Assembly: GCA_964399865.1 (NCBI GenBank)
Contig: CAYNRJ010000002.1
Span: 227,108 to 263,858, forward strand
Reading direction: 5' to 3'
Source: an uncultured Candidatus Saccharibacteria bacterium
Lineage (GTDB): Bacteria > Patescibacteriota > Minisyncoccia > Phycocordibacterales > UBA2100
Length of the DNA stretch: 36,751 nucleotides
Below, piece after piece: positions 31,935 to 36,751 of this stretch. The notes under the pieces were generated by a model. That model was not told where the DNA came from and made no database searches. It saw nothing but the letters and a program-made list of their open reading frames with translations. How positions within the stretch are numbered: the stretch's first letter is position 1; the number at the start of each line of letters is the position of its first letter. Both the position numbers and the translations under genes were made by a program.

Positions 31935-32089
31935 GATTAGCCTCCCTCAAAAAATGATGGTGTTAAGGAACGCACTCAAATACACACTCAGTACCTACGA
32001 GGAACTATATACACAAAGTTTGAGGAGCAGAAGGTGTTGAAGTGCAGATGTACTTGCGTATTTTCTATTCTGGTATACTGCCGATACTT

Positions 32090-32821
32090 ATGAAAAATGT
32101 GATCGGGGCTTTGGTAGCGATCGGATTGATCGGAGGAGGAGTATGGTACTTTATGGCAGGGACAGATACTGCAAAGGCGAAAAAGACAAATGATCTTTAT
32201 TCGTACTATGCTGATATAAAGATCCCCCAGCCGTCGCCTGAGGCTATGGCGGGCACAGCCGGACAAACCGATCCTACTCAACCGGCGTCTGCCGCTTCAA
32301 CACAATTACCAACTATTAATCACCCTAATATCCCTCAGAAAATTATGAACGCAACACTTAAGACAAATATGGGCGACATCACGATCCAATTCATGGAGAG
32401 TGACGCGCCGAACACGGTAGCGAATTTCATAAAGCTCGCAAAGGCAGGATTTTATGACGGTACCAAATTCCACCGTGTCATTGCAGGATTTATGATCCAA
32501 GGTGGCGACCCTCTTACCAAAGACGATTCAATGATGGATCGTTGGGGCACGGGGGATCCGGGCTATAAGTTTAACGACGAGATTCACGCAAATAATCAAA
32601 ACAATATCGGCACGATATCGATGGCAAATTCCGGCCCGAACACGAACGGCAGTCAGTTCTTCATCAATACTGCTAACAACAACTTTCTCGACACGAAGCA
32701 CACGGTCTTTGGCACGGTGACTGCAGGAGCTGATACGGTGAAAAAGATCGAATCAGTCGAAACAAACGGAAACGACAGACCGCTCGAAGCCGTAGTTATT
32801 CAGAGCGTCGTACTAAACTAA
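32090..32821 (+). CDS. Cyclophilin-type peptidyl-prolyl cis-trans isomerase, membrane-anchored
   Basis: FHRVIAGFMIQGGDP, MANSGPNTNGSQFFI and HTVFG. The start is taken as ATG 32090 (MKNVIGALV...), 10 nt after TGGTATACT. Confidence 0.9.
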   Translation: MKNVIGALVAIGLIGGGVWYFMAGTDTAKAKKTNDLYSYYADIKIPQPSPEAMAGTAGQTDPTQPASAASTQLPTINHPNIPQKIMNATLKTNMGDITIQFMESDAPNTVANFIKLAKAGFYDGTKFHRVIAGFMIQGGDPLTKDDSMMDRWGTGDPGYKFNDEIHANNQNNIGTISMANSGPNTNGSQFFINTANNNFLDTKHTVFGTVTAGADTVKKIESVETNGNDRPLEAVVIQSVVLN

Positions 32822-32826
32822 CGACT

Positions 32827-33264
32827 ATGGCGCGCGTAAGTACGTACCTCAATTTCGAGCGTCAGACAGAGGAGGCGTTCAACTTCTACAAAACCGTATT
32901 CGGCGGCGATTTCACTGACACAATTCATCGCATGGGCGAGGTTCCGCCTCAGCCGGGTCAGCCAGCTCTTTCGGAAGAGGATAAAAAGCTCGTAATGCAC
33001 GTCGAGCTGAAAATTCTGGGAGGGCACTCTCTTATGGGAACAGACGCGCCGGAATCTATGGGATTCAAGGTGAATTTTGGTAACAACATATACATCAACC
33101 TAGAGCCAGACAATCGCGCAGAGACAGAAAAGCTTTTTAACGCGCTCTCTGCGGGAGGCAAAGTAGAAATGCCACTTCAAGAGATGTTTTGGGGCGACTA
33201 TTTCGGCTCATGCAAAGATAAATACGGCGTGCAGTGGATGTTTAACTGCTCAAACAAGGATTAA
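32827..33264 (+). CDS. VOC-superfamily protein (PhnB/YjdN-like)
   Basis: YLNF..Q.EEAFNFYK.VFGG...H.EL.I.G..LMG.D...FWGDYFG...DKYGVQWMF is the typical PhnB-like pattern. Confidence 0.8.
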   Translation: MARVSTYLNFERQTEEAFNFYKTVFGGDFTDTIHRMGEVPPQPGQPALSEEDKKLVMHVELKILGGHSLMGTDAPESMGFKVNFGNNIYINLEPDNRAETEKLFNALSAGGKVEMPLQEMFWGDYFGSCKDKYGVQWMFNCSNKD

Positions 33265-33266
33265 GG

Positions 33267-33272
33267 TAGAAT
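33267..33272 (+). promoter_or_regulatory. -10 hexamer TAGAAT, 6 nt upstream of GTG 33279
   Basis: ggTAGAATtacgagGTG, with no Shine-Dalgarno site. Confidence 0.4.
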
Positions 33273-33278
33273 TACGAG

Positions 33279-33806
33279 GTGAAATATACGCTGAAGCGAA
33301 GTAACCGAGCGAGGTACATGAGACTTTCTGTGCAGGCGGGCGGCACGGTGGTCCTCACCGTGCCGCATTTTATCGGTGTGCGCGTGATAGAGCGATTCCT
33401 CGCAAAACACACCGAGTGGATCGAACGCGCGACGAAGCGCATGTCGAATTTCAAAACACTTCCAGTATCCGGCCGTCGCGCATATCTCGAACACAAAGAA
33501 GCTGCGCGCGCGTTCGTCCACGAGCGCGTCGCGTACTGGAATCAATTCTATTCGCATCCTTTCGGTCGCATCGCTATCAAGAACTCAAAGCGAGTGTGGG
33601 GGAGTTGCTCTCACAAAGGAAATTTAAATTTCTCATACGGACTGCTATTTCTTCCGCGAGAGCTAGCGGACTACGTCGTTGTGCACGAACTCTGTCATCT
33701 GAAAGAACACAATCACTCGAAGGCGTTCTGGGCACTCGTTGCTAAGCAGCAGCCGAATTATGCGAGTCTGCGTAGGGAATTGCGGAGGTACGTTCCTCTT
33801 CATTAA
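33279..33806 (+). CDS. YgjP-like (DUF45, M48-related) zinc metallopeptidase
   Basis: WGSC....L.F...L...P....DYVVVHELCHL.E.NHS..FW is the hallmark of this family. Confidence 0.85.
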   Translation: MKYTLKRSNRARYMRLSVQAGGTVVLTVPHFIGVRVIERFLAKHTEWIERATKRMSNFKTLPVSGRRAYLEHKEAARAFVHERVAYWNQFYSHPFGRIAIKNSKRVWGSCSHKGNLNFSYGLLFLPRELADYVVVHELCHLKEHNHSKAFWALVAKQQPNYASLRRELRRYVPLH

Positions 33807-33889
33807 GACTTCAGCCCCTTCAGGTACGCTTGTGCAGTTCCCCGCGGGATTTCTATGCGCGGGCATTACCAGTAATAAATAACGGACTT

Positions 33890-34150
33890 ATGGAAATACT
33901 CGCATTTATAGTTCTCGGCGGTATCGCTGGTTGGCTCGGCTCTCTCATTATGGGTACTGATGCTTCTCAGGGCATCTTCTTAAACATTGTCGTCGGTGTT
34001 ATCGGCGCATTCGTTGGCGGCATGCTCTTCAATGCGTTCGGCACATCGGGCGTGTCCGGCTTTAACATCTACAGCCTGGTCGTCGCTACGATCGGTGCGG
34101 TGATATTCCTCGGCATCGTGCGCCTCTTCCGCGGAGCCGTCTCAAGATAA
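33890..34150 (+). CDS. GlsB/YeaQ/YmgE (transglycosylase-associated) family membrane protein
   Basis: MEILAFIVLGGIAGWLGSLIMG...GIFLNIVVGVIGAFVGG. The start is taken as ATG 33890. Confidence 0.85.
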   Translation: MEILAFIVLGGIAGWLGSLIMGTDASQGIFLNIVVGVIGAFVGGMLFNAFGTSGVSGFNIYSLVVATIGAVIFLGIVRLFRGAVSR

Positions 34151-34172
34151 TAAAATTTCAGTGCGCATGACC

Positions 34173-34200
34173 AAAACACCGGCCATCGGGCCGGTGTTTT
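34173..34200 (+). terminator. Rho-independent terminator
   Basis: aaaacaccggcc / atcg / ggccggtgtttt. Confidence 0.8.
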
Positions 34201-34908
34201 CAATTGAATACGTTTAGGAATTTATGATTGCGCAGCAATGTGTTGTCATTGCGATGCCTGAACTGAGTAATTATTTGCGGAAGGGGAATCTCAATCCAGT
34301 ATGCGTATTTTTATTTCAAATTCAGAAATAATCCGGTTACACCATAGTTCCTGGCCCATGTCATCTTATGCGACACAGACACTAAAAAAATCTCTGGCTG
34401 TCGACATATGTGTAGTATCTCTGATTGTCAGGAGCACTGTCTGAGCGTAACGTTTGCATAATCAGGATCAGGTATGATTAAAGGGGTTACATCGAACTCC
34501 ATTCTATTCAAAATCGTGCCGAGATTACCCGATAGGCCGAGAAATATCGGAAATATTGGCTATCTCGGCAATCCGATATACATAGTTTCAAGGCGCGAAG
34601 AATGGATATCTCGGCTGCGCATTCCATAAATATCTGAAACAAGACTCGATATTTCGCGAACCTTGTGTGCGTTCTTACAAACACCTGCTTGAACATTTTC
34701 GGAGCTCAAGCATTCAGTTTGGTTTCATTTTTTACAATTATTTTTTTCTCAAAATTTTTTCGGAGGGAATTTGTATTAAAAGTGAGGTTTTCAACACCTT
34801 TTTTGAACTTCATGAAGATCTGCAAAGTATAATTATTAAGCCTGAAACTAAATGAATCAGTAGTCTGTATCGAGCTTTGCACCCGATAAGCAGGCATTGG
34901 GTTATCTG

Positions 34909-36751
34909 ATGAAATTTTTTCAAAAAAATTGGCTTGGATTTTCTATCCACGCCATGCTCCTTGTGAGCATGGTTCTTTCTCCGACCCTCCCTTATATCGT
35001 CGAAGCAGCTGGAGTGCCTTCGATTCTCAGCTACCAGGGCCGGCTTGCCGATGCGGACGGGGATCTTCTTGGAGGCGCATCTGGAACGACCTACTACTTC
35101 AAGTTCTCAATATGGGATGTCGCGACAGGGGGTACTCAGGGTGCCAATCAGCTTTGGCCAGCATCCGCCCCCTCATCAGTTTCGAGCACGGTTCGACAAG
35201 GAGTTTTCACCGTAAATATCGGCGACACAGCTTCGGGTTATCCGCATGTTCTTGATTACGACTTTGCCACCGACAGCGATATTTATTTGCAGGTTGAGGT
35301 CTCTTCCGATAACTCGACATTCCAAACTCTATCTCCAAGGCAGAGGATCGCCTCCACTGCGTTCGCGAGGTTGAGCAGTGCTGTCAGTGGTTCGAGCACA
35401 CCATCTTCTTTTGGAACAACAACACCGTTTGGTACTTCCGTCATTTCAGTCGAAGCAACCTCTACCGCATCAGTAGCAGTTACTTTGCGCGCGATACTCG
35501 GTCAGATCGCAAATCTCTTTCAAATACAAAATTCAAGCGGCGTAAATCTTTTCTTCGTTGATTCTACCGGAGGATTATTTTCTTCCTCGACACTGCAGGT
35601 TGCGGGTGCATCGCGTATTTACGGATCTCTCGCTGTCGAGGGACAAACAACATTAGCTACTGCATCTTCGACAGCGATATCTGCACTCCGATACATTGCG
35701 GTTGGTACGACTGCCACAACAACAATTCGAGGAGATGGAATGGCGTCGACAATTCCATACGCAAGCACGACAGCTATTACAGTTTCTGGATCTGCATCTA
35801 CTACAGACTTAATCATTTCAAGTGCGGGAGGTTCTGGTACGAGATGTTTGCAGGTCTCGAGTACAGGTGTTGTATCTGCGAACGCCTCAGGATGTGGCGG
35901 AGTCGGCGGCTCCCCGGGCGGTGACAATACTGAAATTCAATTCAATAGCACGGGTGCCTTTGAAGGAGATCCCGCGTTTACATTCACAAGTTCCCAAGCT
36001 CGTCTTACGGTCACGAACGCAAGTACCACCAACCTGACCATTGGCTCATTGTCTGGTCTTTTGAAGCAGAGTGGCGGCGTTGTTGTAGAGGCCGTCGCGG
36101 GCACCGACTACGCAACTCCGGGACAAGCCTCATTCCCATTCAGTCCGTCTGCAAACTGGAACGCAACATCGACACTCGTTCTTTTTGAAAACGGCATTAT
36201 TGCTAACGCATCTTCCACAATCTCCGGTGGTCTCACCGTTGTTGGCTCTGCAACTTCGACGAATTTCGCTATTACCGGCGTCACAGCAACGCTTCTAAAG
36301 ACAAACTCTCTTGGTCAGGTGACTGCGGCTATTGCCGGCACTGATTACGTAAACTTCCAATTCCCTTGGACTGCCGCAACGTTTGGTTCCACAAACGCAA
36401 ATGCAACGTCTACCCTCATTGGTTTTAATGCGGGGCTCTATGCGCTTGCGTCATCAACGATTGGCGCAGGAGGGCAGGCGACAGGGCTCACTATTTCCGG
36501 TGGTGCAACAACGACCGGCAATCTTGTGGTGCAGGGAAGCGCAACCACAACAAATCTATACATCAGCGGTTCTCTCGCAGCCTCAGGCGCACTTCTCACG
36601 TCACTTGATGGTGAAAATATCCAGGACGACACCATCGACGATGATTCCATCGACTTCTCTGATGTCACACTCAATGACTTCACAAACGACGCAGGGTACC
36701 TGACGTCGACGTTTGCATTCCCATTCACTCCAACTGCATACGGCAACGCCA
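34909..36751 (+). CDS. Large secreted repeat-rich surface protein, 3'-partial (runs off the window)
   Basis: Not in the ORF track because it has no stop. I read frame 1 codon by codon from the TAG at 34861 to nt 36751 and found no stop after ATG 34909 (614 codons). It has a signal-peptide-like N-terminus (MKFFQKNWLGFSIHAMLLVSMVLSPTLPYIVEAAG) and Ser/Thr/Gly/Ala-rich repeats (...AGTDYATPGQ..FPF...WNATSTL / ...AGTDYVNFQFPW...ANATSTL..., G.ATSTN/G.ATTTN). Confidence 0.8.
   Translation, partial: MKFFQKNWLGFSIHAMLLVSMVLSPTLPYIVEAAGVPSILSYQGRLADADGDLLGGASGTTYYFKFSIWDVATGGTQGANQLWPASAPSSVSSTVRQGVFTVNIGDTASGYPHVLDYDFATDSDIYLQVEVSSDNSTFQTLSPRQRIASTAFARLSSAVSGSSTPSSFGTTTPFGTSVISVEATSTASVAVTLRAILGQIANLFQIQNSSGVNLFFVDSTGGLFSSSTLQVAGASRIYGSLAVEGQTTLATASSTAISALRYIAVGTTATTTIRGDGMASTIPYASTTAITVSGSASTTDLIISSAGGSGTRCLQVSSTGVVSANASGCGGVGGSPGGDNTEIQFNSTGAFEGDPAFTFTSSQARLTVTNASTTNLTIGSLSGLLKQSGGVVVEAVAGTDYATPGQASFPFSPSANWNATSTLVLFENGIIANASSTISGGLTVVGSATSTNFAITGVTATLLKTNSLGQVTAAIAGTDYVNFQFPWTAATFGSTNANATSTLIGFNAGLYALASSTIGAGGQATGLTISGGATTTGNLVVQGSATTTNLYISGSLAASGALLTSLDGENIQDDTIDDDSIDFSDVTLNDFTNDAGYLTSTFAFPFTPTAYGNA

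Noticed and set aside
34508-34897. Short ORFs 34508..34696(-), 34667..34855(+) and 34706..34897(-) in the AT-rich spacer.
   Set aside because: They overlap each other, have Phe/Ile/Lys/Asn-rich AT-driven composition, and have no start-site signals or recognisable motifs. I treat the region as non-coding.

Overview
This 36.7-kb window looks like part of a small-genome, moderately low-GC bacterium. The gene content is reminiscent of CPR/Patescibacteria: a sortase with an LPXTG-like surface protein, an L,D-transpeptidase, many small membrane ORFans and a large repeat-rich secreted protein. That placement is inference only. The backbone is housekeeping and envelope genes: M14 peptidase, GIY-YIG protein, obg, ABC-F ATPase, two pseudouridine synthases, HAD hydrolase, TspO, cyclophilin, VOC proteins, DnaQ-like exonuclease and a YgjP-like metallopeptidase. 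I found no rRNA, tRNA, CRISPR array, transposase or integrase.

Four things stand out.
1. At 22.95-29.37 kb there is a co-directional cluster: a DUF2726 protein, an MmeI/PglX-like N6-adenine methyltransferase-TRD protein whose N-terminal nuclease triad is not recognisable, an SF2 DEFH helicase, and a T5orf172 (GIY-YIG superfamily) protein. The last three genes are tightly packed. I cannot assign this arrangement to a named restriction or defence system, and it is my best candidate for the novel system.
2. The cluster and its neighbours are bounded by short direct repeats and by a reused terminator-promoter module, which suggests cassette-like turnover.
3. At least seven visibly GC-rich ORFan islets interrupt the backbone. 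They have their own GC-rich hairpin terminators and Shine-Dalgarno sites. Two of them carry paralogous 139-aa genes.
4. Many backbone genes have a -10-like hexamer 6-8 nt upstream of the start codon and no Shine-Dalgarno site, which suggests leaderless mRNAs.

The ORF track also omits a long ORF (34909 to the window end) because it has no stop codon inside the window. All GC statements are spot counts of individual 60-nt lines, not full computations. All family assignments come from motif recognition by eye, not from searches.
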